Below are positions 39,797-50,545 of a DNA stretch of 64,000 bases, piece by piece. Where the stretch lies: NCBI GenBank assembly GCA_964604175.1, contig CAZRYC010000002.1, forward strand, positions 5,215-69,214, written 5' to 3'. Positions within the stretch are counted from its first letter, which is position 1. The number at the start of each line of letters is the position of its first letter. Under the pieces are notes generated by a model that saw only the letters and a program-made list of their open reading frames with translations, had not been told where the DNA came from and ran no database searches. The stretch is from an uncultured Bacteroides sp. Its GTDB lineage: Bacteria > Bacteroidota > Bacteroidia > Bacteroidales > Muribaculaceae. Position numbers and translations under genes: made by a program.

Positions 39797-40573
39797 ATGA
39801 TGGATGTGGAGGAATTGATAGAGATAGTGAGGGAAGCGGCCAAGTGCATGCCAGAAGATGCATTCCAGGTGCGGCAAAAAGGTGGTTACGCCAATATCGT
39901 GACCACCTCGGATGTGGCTGTACAGGAATTTCTGCGCAAAAGGCTCTCCCAAGCCATTCCGGGCTGCGGCTTCCTCTGTGAAGAAGAGAATCACCACGAC
40001 CTCAGACATGAATATGTATGGATCATTGACCCTATAGATGGCACAGCCAACTATAGCCGAGGCATCAGAGAGTGCGCAATATGCGTGGGTCTTAAGCATC
40101 ATAATGACATGGAGATGGCAGTGGTGTATCTCCCCTATGCTGATGAACTCTTCCATGCCGTAAGAGGCCAAGGGGCCTGGCTCAATGGTCATCATATACA
40201 TGTATCCGACAGGCCATTCCAAAACTCCATCATGTGCACGGCTCTGCCAGTGTATCATAAGGAGTACGCTGACGTGTGCTCCGAGATCATCACTGAGACT
40301 TTCAAGAAATGCAACGACATTCGCCGCTTCGGAGCCGCTGCCCCCGAGCTATGCTATCTGGCTATGGGCCGATGCGAATTATACTTTGAGTATCTGCTCA
40401 GCCCCTGGGACTTTGCAGCCGCCAGCCTCATCCTTGAAGAGGCTGGCGGGTGCTTGGCCCGCCCTGATGGGCAGGCTCTGAATATGACACACCCCAGCGG
40501 AGTGGCAGCTGCCAACAACAAGGAAAATCTCGAGACCCTGCTGAAAATAACCAAGCCCAAATTCTCCCATTAA
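39797..40573 (+). CDS. Inositol monophosphatase family protein
   Basis: CEE, WIIDPIDGTANY, RRFGAAA, PWDFAAA. Confidence 0.92.
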   Translation: MMDVEELIEIVREAAKCMPEDAFQVRQKGGYANIVTTSDVAVQEFLRKRLSQAIPGCGFLCEEENHHDLRHEYVWIIDPIDGTANYSRGIRECAICVGLKHHNDMEMAVVYLPYADELFHAVRGQGAWLNGHHIHVSDRPFQNSIMCTALPVYHKEYADVCSEIITETFKKCNDIRRFGAAAPELCYLAMGRCELYFEYLLSPWDFAAASLILEEAGGCLARPDGQALNMTHPSGVAAANNKENLETLLKITKPKFSH

Positions 40574-40576
40574 TCA

Positions 40577-42091
40577 CTAAGTGCCGGGGCGAAGCGAGGG
40601 AAAGAGGCGAGGCAGCCGCTGGCCGAGGGCTGCTACCACAAGAGTCATCAAGGGAGACACATAATTGAAAATGCAATAGGGAGCATACACCAAGGTGGGT
40701 ATGCCCAAGACAGCAGCCTGTGTCACACCGCAAGAGCTCCATGGTATAAGCACGGATGTAACAGTGGTGGAGTCTTCGATGGTGCGGCTCAAGAGCTTGT
40801 TCTCAAACCCCAGATCCTCGTAGGTCTTCTGATAAATGTTGCCATTGAGAATAATGGCTGTATATTGGTCGCAAGTGCATACGTTAAGCACCACCCCAGT
40901 GGTGGCGCTGGCAGCCACTAAATTGAAGCGAGCACGAGCCGATGCGGAGGCCGACTGCCTGTCAAGCCCCTTGATGATGAACTTGGTAAAAGCCTTCATC
41001 GTGGACTGAAGCATATTGCTGCAAAGCAGAGACGAGCCAAAGCATATCGAGCAGATAATGAGTATTATCGTGCTGCTCATGCCTACCAAGCCCCCAGTGT
41101 CCACCAATTCATCAATAAAAGAGTTGCCGGAAGCGGCATGAGTGCCCTCGATGGCCACCAAAGCGAGCTGATGCACCTTCTCAGACACTGAAGCGTCTGT
41201 AATCCCTAAGAGCAAATCCAAGAACTGAGGCTGCAGCCAAAATGCGCACGCCAATGAGAGGCAAGAAGAAATAGCCATAGTGGCCAGGGCAGGCACCTTG
41301 CACACGATAAGAATAATCGTAAGAAGGGGTACTATCAAGGTGAGAGGCGATATCCAGAATATAGCATTTAGGCCCTCCACTAATTCCGACTCACCGATGG
41401 CCTGATTGATGTTAAGGCTCAATCCCACCACCGTAAACACTATGCAAGCGATGGCAAGCGATGGGACAGTGGTGGTCATCATATTGCGAATATGGGTGTA
41501 TAGAGGGGTCTTGGTGGTGGATGAAGCCAGGATGGTGGTCTCGCTAAGAGGCGACACCTTATCACCAAAATAAGCCCCAGAGATAATGCTGCCTGCAGTC
41601 CAGCCCATAGGCACCCCGAGAGCATTACCTATGCCCAATAGCGCAATGCCGATGGTGGCTATGCAGCTCCATGAGCTGCCCGTCATCAGCGACACTCCAG
41701 AGCAAACCAGGCAAGAGGTAACCAAGAAGAACTTAGGGGAGATCACCTGAGTACCATAACAAATTATGGTGGGCACAGCCCCGCTCACCATCCACGAAGC
41801 CGACAACAGACCTATCAGCAACACAATCAGCATAGACTCCAGAGTGTCAGCCACAGTGCGTCCCATGCCATCTACAAATTCGCCCCAAGTGCAATATTTG
41901 CGCCACATCGACAGGCCCACCGATACCATGGTGGCCAATATCATGGCCAGCTGCACATTGCCGCTGTTGACATCTCCATCAAAGAAATATATTATGCCTC
42001 CAATCAGGGCCAATAGCACACCGAGAGGAATCAGTCCCATCAATGGATGGGGCATGCGTCGGTCATTCATAACAAATTGAATATCTTGCAA
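40577..42091 (-). CDS. nhaC: NhaC family Na+/H+ antiporter
   Basis: TGSSWS, ISGAYFGDKVSPLSETT, LSRTIED, LIPWSSCG. The start could be ATG 42070. Confidence 0.9.
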   Translation of the reverse strand: MQDIQFVMNDRRMPHPLMGLIPLGVLLALIGGIIYFFDGDVNSGNVQLAMILATMVSVGLSMWRKYCTWGEFVDGMGRTVADTLESMLIVLLIGLLSASWMVSGAVPTIICYGTQVISPKFFLVTSCLVCSGVSLMTGSSWSCIATIGIALLGIGNALGVPMGWTAGSIISGAYFGDKVSPLSETTILASSTTKTPLYTHIRNMMTTTVPSLAIACIVFTVVGLSLNINQAIGESELVEGLNAIFWISPLTLIVPLLTIILIVCKVPALATMAISSCLSLACAFWLQPQFLDLLLGITDASVSEKVHQLALVAIEGTHAASGNSFIDELVDTGGLVGMSSTIILIICSICFGSSLLCSNMLQSTMKAFTKFIIKGLDRQSASASARARFNLVAASATTGVVLNVCTCDQYTAIILNGNIYQKTYEDLGFENKLLSRTIEDSTTVTSVLIPWSSCGVTQAAVLGIPTLVYAPYCIFNYVSPLMTLVVAALGQRLPRLFPSLRPGT

Positions 42092-42331
42092 ACCTAAAGC
42101 GCCACAAATAGCATCAAAGCGAGGCTAAAACAAACTTCGCAAAGCAAAGATAGCAAATATTTCTTTGTCAACAAAATTTTTGACTTTTTTATCAAAAATC
42201 TTTATTTCTGAAAAAAATAAAGAATTTTTACTTTTTTATTTGGTCACTTGTAAAATTTCTCGTATTTTTGGGGATTGAATAATTTTATTTACCTTAAATA
42301 ACCTATAAAAACAACCAAAATACCATAATAA

Positions 42332-44320
42332 ATGAGTTATCTTAAGTTTGATAAGAACCTACTCATCAACCTCGAGCAAAGTCTCCCCAAGGAGATGCTG
42401 CGCACAAATTTCGCTGGAGCTTACCACTGCACCACCCTTGTGGGTTGCAACACCCGCAAGCAGCATGGCTTGCTGGTAATCCCCATCCCCGAAATGGGCA
42501 ACAAGCCCCATGTGCTGCTCTCGAGCCTGGATGAGACGGTTATCCAGCACGGTGCGCCGTTCAACCTCGGCATCCACCGCTACCAAGGAGGCGTTTACAG
42601 CCCCAATGGTCATAAGTACATCCGCGAGTTCGACTGTGAAAACGTGCCCCGCATGACCTATCGCGTGGGCGGCGTGATTCTCACAAAAGAAAAAATCTTC
42701 ATCTCGCAGGAAAATCGCCTACTGATTCGCTACACCTTAGTGGATGCGCACTCAGCAACCACCCTGCAGTTCCGCCCATTCCTCGCATTCCGCGAGAGCA
42801 ACTCGCTGTGCATCGCCAACGACGCCATCAATCGCGAAATCATCCCAGTGGAGAATGGTATCGGCACATGCCTCTACCACGGCTACCCCACCCTCTACAT
42901 GCAATTCTCGCGCAAAGTGGAGTGGGTTGACAATCCCAACTGGTACAAGAATGTAGAATACATCAAGGATATGGAGCGCGGCGTGCCCTACACCGAGGAC
43001 CTGTGGGTGCCCGGATATTTCCAACTGCCAATCAAGAAGGGCGAAAGCATCATCTTCTCGGCTGGCGTTGAGCCTGTATCGCCCCGCTCGCTCACCAAGA
43101 TGTATGAGAAGGAAATAATATCGCGCACTCCGCGTTCGAGCTTCTTCAATTGCATGAAGAATGCTGCCAAGCAGTTCTATATCACCGATAAGGAGGGCCA
43201 CTTCATCATCAGCGGCTTCCCCTGGGGCACTATCCTGGCACGCAACACCATGATGGCCCTTCCGGGCCTGACCCTCGCTATCGACCACCGCAAGGACTTC
43301 GAGGAAATCATGGCCACTGCAAGCGAAGCCTTGAAAAATTTCATGGAGAAGGGCGAACTCAGCGACCGCATCCACGGCATCGACTTGCCCGACATACCCC
43401 TGTGGTGCGTATGGGCTCTGCAGCAATATGCCAAGAATGCTGGCGACGAAGAGGCTCGCAAGCGCTATATGGGCCTCATCGCTGAGATCCTCAATTATGT
43501 GCTCGATGGGGGCCATCCCAATCTGCGCGTGGATGAGGAGAACGGCCTGCTCACAACCCTGGGCACCACCAGCCCGGTATCGTGGATGAACTCGCAGCTC
43601 AACGGCAAGCCGGTGATTCCGCGCACTGGATATTTGGTAGAGTTCAACGCCCTGTGGTACAATGCTCTCAAGTTCGCCGCTGCCCTGGCTGCTCCGCTGC
43701 CTGAGCTGGAGGAGAATGTGAAGCGTTGGGAAGAAGCCGCCGAGAAGATGAAGCAGCCATTCGTGGATGTGTTCCTCAATGATTACGGCTATCTCTACGA
43801 CTATGTAAGCAACGGCTATGCCGATCCGCAGGTTCGCCCCAATATGGCAGTTGCCATCGGCCTCGACTATTCGCCGCTCGACCGCCGTCAGCGCAAGGGC
43901 GTGCTCGATATCGTGACCCGCGAACTTCTCACCCCCAAGGGTCTGCGCACCCTGTCGCCTAAGAGCTATGGCTATCGTCCGTTCTACCTCGGCAGCCCCG
44001 AAGAGCGCGAACTTGCCCTGCACCAGGGCCCTGCTCGTCCTTGGCTGTTCGGATTCTATGCCGACGCCTATATCCGCGTGTTCGGCATGAGCGGCATCAG
44101 CTACATCGACCGCATGCTGATTGGCTTTGAGGAGGAAATGACCCAAGGCTGCATCGGCAGTTTGAGCCAGCTCTACGATGCCAACCCGCCTTACACTGGC
44201 CGAGGCGCTGTGTCGCACGCCACCAATGTGGCCGAGGTGCTTCGCGCTCTGCGCACCGTAAAGCGCCTGACCAAGGACCAGGAGAAGAAAGAAGAAGAAG
44301 AAAAGAAAGCCACAATCTAA
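42332..44320 (+). CDS. Glycogen debranching enzyme family protein (amylo-alpha-1,6-glucosidase, GH133-like)
   Basis: CNTRKQHGLL N-domain, VEFNALWYNAL, RPN, LLTPKGLRTLSP, HQG. Confidence 0.9.
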   Translation: MSYLKFDKNLLINLEQSLPKEMLRTNFAGAYHCTTLVGCNTRKQHGLLVIPIPEMGNKPHVLLSSLDETVIQHGAPFNLGIHRYQGGVYSPNGHKYIREFDCENVPRMTYRVGGVILTKEKIFISQENRLLIRYTLVDAHSATTLQFRPFLAFRESNSLCIANDAINREIIPVENGIGTCLYHGYPTLYMQFSRKVEWVDNPNWYKNVEYIKDMERGVPYTEDLWVPGYFQLPIKKGESIIFSAGVEPVSPRSLTKMYEKEIISRTPRSSFFNCMKNAAKQFYITDKEGHFIISGFPWGTILARNTMMALPGLTLAIDHRKDFEEIMATASEALKNFMEKGELSDRIHGIDLPDIPLWCVWALQQYAKNAGDEEARKRYMGLIAEILNYVLDGGHPNLRVDEENGLLTTLGTTSPVSWMNSQLNGKPVIPRTGYLVEFNALWYNALKFAAALAAPLPELEENVKRWEEAAEKMKQPFVDVFLNDYGYLYDYVSNGYADPQVRPNMAVAIGLDYSPLDRRQRKGVLDIVTRELLTPKGLRTLSPKSYGYRPFYLGSPEERELALHQGPARPWLFGFYADAYIRVFGMSGISYIDRMLIGFEEEMTQGCIGSLSQLYDANPPYTGRGAVSHATNVAEVLRALRTVKRLTKDQEKKEEEEKKATI

Positions 44321-44335
44321 CACCACGATACCGCA

Positions 44336-45598
44336 ATGAAAGCATTAATGTTCGGGTGGGAATTCCCCCCTCATATCTTAGGCGGACTTGGCACGGCGAG
44401 CTACGGCCTGACCAAAGGCATGTGGGAGTGCGGCGACATGGATATCACTTTTGTCATCCCCAAGCCCTGGGGCGATGAGGACCGCTCTTTTGCTAACATC
44501 ATCGGCGCAAGCCAAGTGCCTGTATGCTGGCGCGATGTCAACTACGACTATGTAGAGAGCCGCATAGGCAAGGTCATGAATCCGGAGCTGTACTTCCGTC
44601 TGCGCGACCACATTTACGCCGATTTCAACTATATGCGCACCAATGATCTCGGTTGCATCGAGTTCTCCGGTCGCTATCCCGACAATCTGCTTGAGGAAAT
44701 CAACAACTACTCAATCATGGCCGGCGTGGTGGCCCGCACCCTCGACTTCGACATCATTCATAGCCACGACTGGCTCACCTATCCCGCTGGCATCCATGCC
44801 AAGCAGGTTAGCGGCAAACCTCTGGTAATCCATGTGCACGCCACAGATTACGACCGCAGCCGCGGCAATGTGAACCCCACTGTGTTCTCAATCGAGCGCG
44901 ATGGCATGCTCAATGCCGACCATATCATCACAGTGAGCAACCTCACTCGGCAGACGGTAATCGAGAAGTACGGCATCGACCCCAACAAGGTGACCACAGT
45001 GCACAATGCCGTAGTGCCTCTGAGCGATGAGCTGCTCAATGTACAGGTGAACAAGCCTAAGGAGAAAGTGGTGACTTTCTTAGGTCGCATCACCATGCAG
45101 AAAGGCCCTGAATACTTCGTGGAAGCTGCTGCCAAGGTGCTGAAGAATAATCACAACGTGCGCTTCGTGATGGCTGGCTCCGGCGATATGATGGACAAGA
45201 TGATCAACTTGGCAGCCGAGCGCGGCATCAGCGATCGCTTCCATTTCCCTGGCTTCCAGAAAGGCAAGCAAGTGTACGAGATGCTCAAAGCGAGCGATGT
45301 GTACATCATGCCATCTGTATCGGAGCCTTTCGGCATCTCGCCTCTGGAGGCTATGCAGATGGGCGTGCCCAGCATCATCAGCAAGCAGAGCGGTTGCGCA
45401 GAGATTCTCAACAATGTCATCAAAACCGACTATTGGGACATCGATGCCATGGCCGACGCCATCAACTCTATCTGCTCCTATCCGGCAATGTACGAGACGC
45501 TGCGCGAGGACGGTCTGGCAGAAGTAGCTCAAATCACTTGGGACAAGGCTGGCCAGAAAGTAATCGACATTTACAACAAAGTGCTTGGAAAGGCGTAA
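44336..45598 (+). CDS. GT4 glycosyltransferase (glycogen synthase-like)
   Basis: GWEFPPHILGGLG, HSHDWLT, GRITMQKG, PSVSEPFGI. Confidence 0.92.
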   Translation: MKALMFGWEFPPHILGGLGTASYGLTKGMWECGDMDITFVIPKPWGDEDRSFANIIGASQVPVCWRDVNYDYVESRIGKVMNPELYFRLRDHIYADFNYMRTNDLGCIEFSGRYPDNLLEEINNYSIMAGVVARTLDFDIIHSHDWLTYPAGIHAKQVSGKPLVIHVHATDYDRSRGNVNPTVFSIERDGMLNADHIITVSNLTRQTVIEKYGIDPNKVTTVHNAVVPLSDELLNVQVNKPKEKVVTFLGRITMQKGPEYFVEAAAKVLKNNHNVRFVMAGSGDMMDKMINLAAERGISDRFHFPGFQKGKQVYEMLKASDVYIMPSVSEPFGISPLEAMQMGVPSIISKQSGCAEILNNVIKTDYWDIDAMADAINSICSYPAMYETLREDGLAEVAQITWDKAGQKVIDIYNKVLGKA

Positions 45599-45618
45599 GG
45601 CATTAGGCATCAGGCTTA
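45591..45618. repeat. Degenerate 7-mer array (AGGCnTn x4) overlapping the GT4 stop
   Basis: aggcgta aggcatt aggcatc aggctta. Confidence 0.5.
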
Positions 45619-45663
45619 AAGTCTTCAACATCAAAAAATAAAAATTTAAAATAAACAAAGACA

Positions 45664-47133
45664 ATGAAAGCTATCTGCTTTAATTTCGAAATACATCAGC
45701 CGATGCGCCTGAAGCGCTACACTTTCTTCGATATCGGCAACGACCACTACTACTACGATGATTTCCTCAATGAAGACATCATCGCTCGCATCGCTGAGCG
45801 CAGCTACATCCCTGCTGCCCAGACCCTGCTCCGAATGATTGAGGAGAACAAGGGCAAGTTCCGCTGCTCACTTTCCATCACTGGCACCGCTATCGAGCAA
45901 TTCGAGCAATATGTGCCAGAGTTCATCGATGTGCTCAAGAAACTCGCCGACACTGGCAAGTGCGAGTTCGTAGCCATGCCTTATGCCAACTCACTGGCCA
46001 GCCTCACCGACCCCATCGAGTGGGAAAAGCAGGTTAAGGCTCACGCTGATAAGCTGAAATCTCTCTTTGGCGTCACCCCCAAGGTGCTCCGCAACACAGA
46101 GCTTATCTACGATGATGATATGGCTCCGCAGATCTTGGCCATGGGATATAAGGGCGTGATGACCGAGGGTGCCAAGCACATCTTAGGCTGGAAGAGCCCC
46201 AACTATGTATATTCAGCCGCTTCTGCTCCCAAGCTGAAGATACTTCTTCGCAACAGCAAGCTCAGCGAGGACATCGCAGCTCGCTTCAGCGACCACAACT
46301 GGCCCGAGTTCCCCCTCACAGCTGACAAATACATGGAGTGGGTAGCCTCCACACCGGCTGAGGAGCAAGTGATTGACTTGTGGATGAACTTGGAGACCTT
46401 CGGTGGCTTGCAGCCGGCCGAGACTGGCATCTTCCAGTTCTTGGAGGCTCTGCCTCGCTTCGCACAGGCCAAGGGCATAGAGTTCTGGACTCCCAGCGAG
46501 GTAATCAGCAAGATCAAGCCCATCGACTCATTGGTAGTGATGCACCCCATCTCTGGCATCGACGAGGCTCGCGACACCAGCGCCTGGCTTGGCAACAAGC
46601 TTCAGAACGAGGCCTTCAACAAGCTCTACAGCGTGGCAGAGCGCGTGCGCCTTTGCGATGACCGCCGCTTGAAGCAAGACTACTGGTATCTGCAGGGGGC
46701 CGACAATCTGTACTACATGAGCACCAAGCACTTCGCTGATGGAGCAGCTCACAGCATGTTCAGTCCGTACGAGACTCCGTTCCAGGCTTTCACCAACTAT
46801 ATGAACGTGCTGAGCGATTTCATCGTTCGCGTAGAGGAGCAGTACCCGCTCACTATCGAGAATGAGGAGCTCAACTCGCTGCTGACTACCATCCGCAATC
46901 AGGCACGCGAAATCGAAACCCTGAACAAGGAGGTGGAAACCATGCGCCGCAACGAGGAGCAATACAACATCGAGCATGCCCTGCGCGAGCCCAAGGCAGA
47001 AGAGAAGCCAGCCAAGGAAGCTAAGCCAGCCAAAGAGGCCAAGCCCAAGGCTGAGAAGAAGGCTCCCGCCAAGAAAGAGGCCAAGCCCAAAGCCGAGAAG
47101 AAGGCTCCCGCAAAGAAAGCCGCTAAGAAATAA
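45664..47133 (+). CDS. GH57 alpha-amylase-like protein with a Lys/Ala/Pro-rich tail
   Basis: FEIHQP, RNTELIY, ETFG, YYMSTK; tail of KPAKEA and KAPAKK repeats. Confidence 0.92.
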   Translation: MKAICFNFEIHQPMRLKRYTFFDIGNDHYYYDDFLNEDIIARIAERSYIPAAQTLLRMIEENKGKFRCSLSITGTAIEQFEQYVPEFIDVLKKLADTGKCEFVAMPYANSLASLTDPIEWEKQVKAHADKLKSLFGVTPKVLRNTELIYDDDMAPQILAMGYKGVMTEGAKHILGWKSPNYVYSAASAPKLKILLRNSKLSEDIAARFSDHNWPEFPLTADKYMEWVASTPAEEQVIDLWMNLETFGGLQPAETGIFQFLEALPRFAQAKGIEFWTPSEVISKIKPIDSLVVMHPISGIDEARDTSAWLGNKLQNEAFNKLYSVAERVRLCDDRRLKQDYWYLQGADNLYYMSTKHFADGAAHSMFSPYETPFQAFTNYMNVLSDFIVRVEEQYPLTIENEELNSLLTTIRNQAREIETLNKEVETMRRNEEQYNIEHALREPKAEEKPAKEAKPAKEAKPKAEKKAPAKKEAKPKAEKKAPAKKAAKK

Positions 47134-47151
47134 ACTATTAGGGTTAAGTAG

Positions 47152-47194
47152 ATATAGGGACATTTTAGTCATGAAAACTAAAATGTCCCTATAT
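47152..47194. terminator. 18-bp perfect-stem hairpin between convergent genes
   Basis: atatagggacattttagt / actaaaatgtccctatat. Confidence 0.75.
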
Positions 47195-47217
47195 TTATAG
47201 CCAGTCAAAAATACAAT

Positions 47218-48225
47218 TTACTTGCGGTTTCGGATGATTACATAGATGATTACCGGGGCCCCTATTACGGGAGTGAGGGCATTGATGGGGATGGAGCCGT
47301 GGGCCGGGAGCTGGGATACCAAGGAGCATGCCAAGGCCACATCAGCCCCTACTAACATCACCCCGGGCATGAGTATCAAGTGCCGGTCAGTGCGCCACAC
47401 CCAGCGCGCCATGTGAGGCACAGCCAAGCCTATGAAGGCTATTGGCCCACAATATGCGGTGACCACTGCCACTAACAGCCCGGTAGCTATCAATAAGTGA
47501 TTGCGGGTACGCCGCAATGAGAGCCCCAAATTCTGCGCGTAACGGTCGCCCAAAAGAAGCAAATCCAAGGGCTTTATCAGCAATAAAGAAAGAGACAGCC
47601 CAGCGAGGGTCACAATTGAAAACAAGGGCATTCGAGAGCTTGACACGCCGCCAAATGTGCCCATACCCCACATTACATAACTCTGAACCCCCTCGGCAGT
47701 GGCAGCGAAGTTGAGAAGGGTAACCACGCTCGATGCCAGATAGCCTAACATCACGCCAGCGATGAGCAGCAGCAAATCATTGTGAACGACCGTAGAAAGC
47801 ATCAGCAACAAGCCCATCACAGCAAGCGATCCTATAAAAGCCCCCAACATCACAGCCAAGTAGCCACTTATCACATGATTTCCCAAGGTCACAGCTCCGC
47901 CCATCAGAAGCATTACCAAGGCCACGCCCAAGCTGGCCCCTGAGTTGATGCCAAGAATCGATGGGCCGGCCAGGGGATTGCGGAATGCTGTTTGCAGCAG
48001 CAATCCGCTTACGGCCAAGGCCGCACCCGCCAATAAAGCCGTGATGGCCTCCATCAAGCGCATGCCAAGCACAATGTACTGTGTAGTGGAGTCAGAGGAC
48101 GCTCCCATAAGGGCATTGGTCACATCGCTCCAAGGCAGTTTCACACCGCCCACATAAAGATTGCCCACGAACAGCGCCGCTGTCAAGGCCACCAACAATG
48201 CAAATCTTACACCTACGCTTTTCAA
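47218..48225 (-). CDS. btuC: FecCD/BtuC family ABC permease
   Basis: FRNPLAGPSILGINSGA, LGDRYAQNLG, GPIAFIGLAVPH; in the B12 riboswitch operon. Confidence 0.9.
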   Translation of the reverse strand: MKSVGVRFALLVALTAALFVGNLYVGGVKLPWSDVTNALMGASSDSTTQYIVLGMRLMEAITALLAGAALAVSGLLLQTAFRNPLAGPSILGINSGASLGVALVMLLMGGAVTLGNHVISGYLAVMLGAFIGSLAVMGLLLMLSTVVHNDLLLLIAGVMLGYLASSVVTLLNFAATAEGVQSYVMWGMGTFGGVSSSRMPLFSIVTLAGLSLSLLLIKPLDLLLLGDRYAQNLGLSLRRTRNHLLIATGLLVAVVTAYCGPIAFIGLAVPHMARWVWRTDRHLILMPGVMLVGADVALACSLVSQLPAHGSIPINALTPVIGAPVIIYVIIRNRK

Positions 48226-49364
48226 TTGAGTTTAGAGAAATATACCGGGGCATCAGGCACTTGGGCGGATAGCTCGGGATGGAGCAGCACAATGAGCGAA
48301 GCAAGCAAGCGATCCGGATGGTAGGGCGTCTCCTCATAGAAAGGCACCTCCTGAGTATCGCAGCCATATACCTGACCCTTAATTAACGGAGCGAACTGCC
48401 CATATATTTCATTGTCCTTCACCATTTGTGCGCGGGTAAGCGGTACGCTTTGGGCATAACGAAGCAACCAAAAGTCGGCGTTTTTTGCGCGATAAAGCAC
48501 CTCTTCCGGGGTGAACGCCACGCTTCCAGTGCGGCTAATATCTTGTGCCACAGGAGCTCCGCCCGCATCAGTAAGGAAGATGCCCATAGTGGACTCGCCC
48601 GCTGGCTGGTGCCACACTTGGCTATAAATAAGATCCATCAGCACTTGTGGGCGATGAGCCACCTCGGCAGTAAGCCCCTTAAGCCTCAGATATTCCTGCT
48701 CGGTAGCGGCAAACATCGAATCGGCCACTGCCTCACAGCCATAAAGCCTGCCATAAAATTTCATCCACTCGGCGCGAGCCAATGGAGAAGTTTCCATATA
48801 ATCGGCACACTCCACAATGGGGATGCCTATTCTATCGAGTTGGCCGTAGCCATTATTATTTTCATAAGGAGAAAGAAGCACAGCATCGGTGCCTCTGGCG
48901 ATAATTTGCTCCAGATTAGGAGCCATGCTGCTGCCGCAATCAGCCACAGAGCCATCCTCCAAGCCCTTTACCAAAGCTGGAGTGTGAATATATTGCGCGT
49001 CGCACACGCCGGAGATGGCATCTGCCGCGCCCAGCTCATCAATCAGGGTGGTATGCACTGAAGAGTACACCACGCTTCTGCGCAGAGGCGTGCGCACCAC
49101 AGTGCCCTCAGGGAGATATTCGGGCATCTGAGCGGTGTCTGGCAGCAAAATGTAAGAATGGAGCACCTTTGCGGTGTCCCAAGGGTTGCGGATTTCCGCT
49201 ACAGTGTAATCTTTGCAATCAGCAATGGTGAGGTTGGATGCATAGCGCATCACTTGAGCCTCCCCATCAGAGGGTAAAAGAGCGTTGGCTCCCTGGCCGC
49301 CACCACAGGCGACCAGGAGCAACGCTGTCAGAAAAGAAAATATGCTTGAATATGGTTGATGCAT
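48222..49364 (-). CDS. btuF: Cobalamin/siderophore-type substrate-binding lipoprotein
   Basis: Lipobox LVAC, NPW, DYMETSPLARAEWMKFYG, PDRLL; operon context. Confidence 0.85.
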   Translation of the reverse strand: MHQPYSSIFSFLTALLLVACGGGQGANALLPSDGEAQVMRYASNLTIADCKDYTVAEIRNPWDTAKVLHSYILLPDTAQMPEYLPEGTVVRTPLRRSVVYSSVHTTLIDELGAADAISGVCDAQYIHTPALVKGLEDGSVADCGSSMAPNLEQIIARGTDAVLLSPYENNNGYGQLDRIGIPIVECADYMETSPLARAEWMKFYGRLYGCEAVADSMFAATEQEYLRLKGLTAEVAHRPQVLMDLIYSQVWHQPAGESTMGIFLTDAGGAPVAQDISRTGSVAFTPEEVLYRAKNADFWLLRYAQSVPLTRAQMVKDNEIYGQFAPLIKGQVYGCDTQEVPFYEETPYHPDRLLASLIVLLHPELSAQVPDAPVYFSKLN

Positions 49365-50509
49365 TATTTCAAGTTAAAGAATATGCCGCAAGGGGCAATG
49401 CCAACTGTCTGGTCAATCTTGAGAGCATTGCCAGCATTGTCATACAAATTCACAAAGCCATCAGTGCTGTAAGAAGCATAGCCGCCATCCATACTATAGT
49501 ATGTTATCGCCAAGTCACCATTGAAAGGATCCACAGCTATGCCTGCTGCAAGTCCGTTGGTAGGCTCTTCAGCCAAGAGAGAGCTCTTTTCGCCAGAGGA
49601 AAGAGACCAGCGGTAGTACTCAGTGCCATATCCATAGTAGGGATCATTGATTACATATAGATTAGAAGCATCGCAGGCAAATAGAGTGCCAGCGCAAACT
49701 TCCTCGAAATTATCCGAACTCAGTTTATAAATAGTAGCTGGTACCTCATTATAATCGCCCATGCAGAGCAGGAAGAGATCGGAGCCATTGCTTGCGCACT
49801 TGGTAGGATTCAATGCGGCCTCGATAGTAGCAGATACGGCAAATGAGCTCAAATCAATCTTTGAAACAGACTTGCCATTGGCGTAGCCAGCCTCCCAGTT
49901 CATGCCATCGCTGTTGGGCACATAGAGATAGCCATTGAGTATTGCCATTGTCTCAGGATTGGGGCCAACCTCTACCGTGGCATCAATAGCGAGGGTCTCA
50001 GTGTCGAGGCGAGCCACATGGCCGTCATACTGCGAGATGTACACCTTGCCATCCAGAGCGACTATTGAGCGAGGCTGCGTGCACTCTATCTGCTTTACAA
50101 TCGTGTAATCGCTGCGATCCACTACCCATAGCACATTGCTCTCATAGATGCCAAGATACAGATAATCGCCATAAGCTATGCCGCACTGCGGAGTGCTACC
50201 CAGAGACTTGCCATTAGCCTCTTGGAAGATATTGCGGGAGATCGCATAACCATCGTACTGCAAATAGTCGAGGCTGCCCTCGATCTGGCTGTAGTAGTTG
50301 CCTTGGTTGAGAATATAGGCTCCGAGGCTCTCGGTAACATCATCGGGATCAGTTGGCTCAGGTTCTGGTTCAGGTTCTGGCTCTGGATCAGGATCCGGAG
50401 TGGGGGTTACTGGAGTTTCGGGCTCCACGGTCTTGGGGTCATCGTCATCGCAAGCGGCAAAGCCCAAGGCTACCACTGCGAAATAAAGAGCATAAATAAA
50501 CTTTTTCAT
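49364..50509 (-). CDS. btuG: BtuG-like surface beta-propeller B12-binding lipoprotein
   Basis: Lipobox FAAC-DDDD, YILNQGN, NGKSLG, VGPNPE, LYVPNS; adjacent to btuB. Confidence 0.8.
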   Translation of the reverse strand: MKKFIYALYFAVVALGFAACDDDDPKTVEPETPVTPTPDPDPEPEPEPEPEPTDPDDVTESLGAYILNQGNYYSQIEGSLDYLQYDGYAISRNIFQEANGKSLGSTPQCGIAYGDYLYLGIYESNVLWVVDRSDYTIVKQIECTQPRSIVALDGKVYISQYDGHVARLDTETLAIDATVEVGPNPETMAILNGYLYVPNSDGMNWEAGYANGKSVSKIDLSSFAVSATIEAALNPTKCASNGSDLFLLCMGDYNEVPATIYKLSSDNFEEVCAGTLFACDASNLYVINDPYYGYGTEYYRWSLSSGEKSSLLAEEPTNGLAAGIAVDPFNGDLAITYYSMDGGYASYSTDGFVNLYDNAGNALKIDQTVGIAPCGIFFNLK

Positions 50510-50545
50510 TGTTGTACAATATATATTTATTACTATAATATTATG

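Noticed and set aside
38927-40258. 443-aa antisense ORF
   Set aside because: Shadow across three well-supported plus-strand genes; no motifs.
42752-44326. 524-aa antisense ORF (also 22507..23388, 50222..51286, 61690..62430)
   Set aside because: Antisense shadows of recognisable genes, expected from codon bias.
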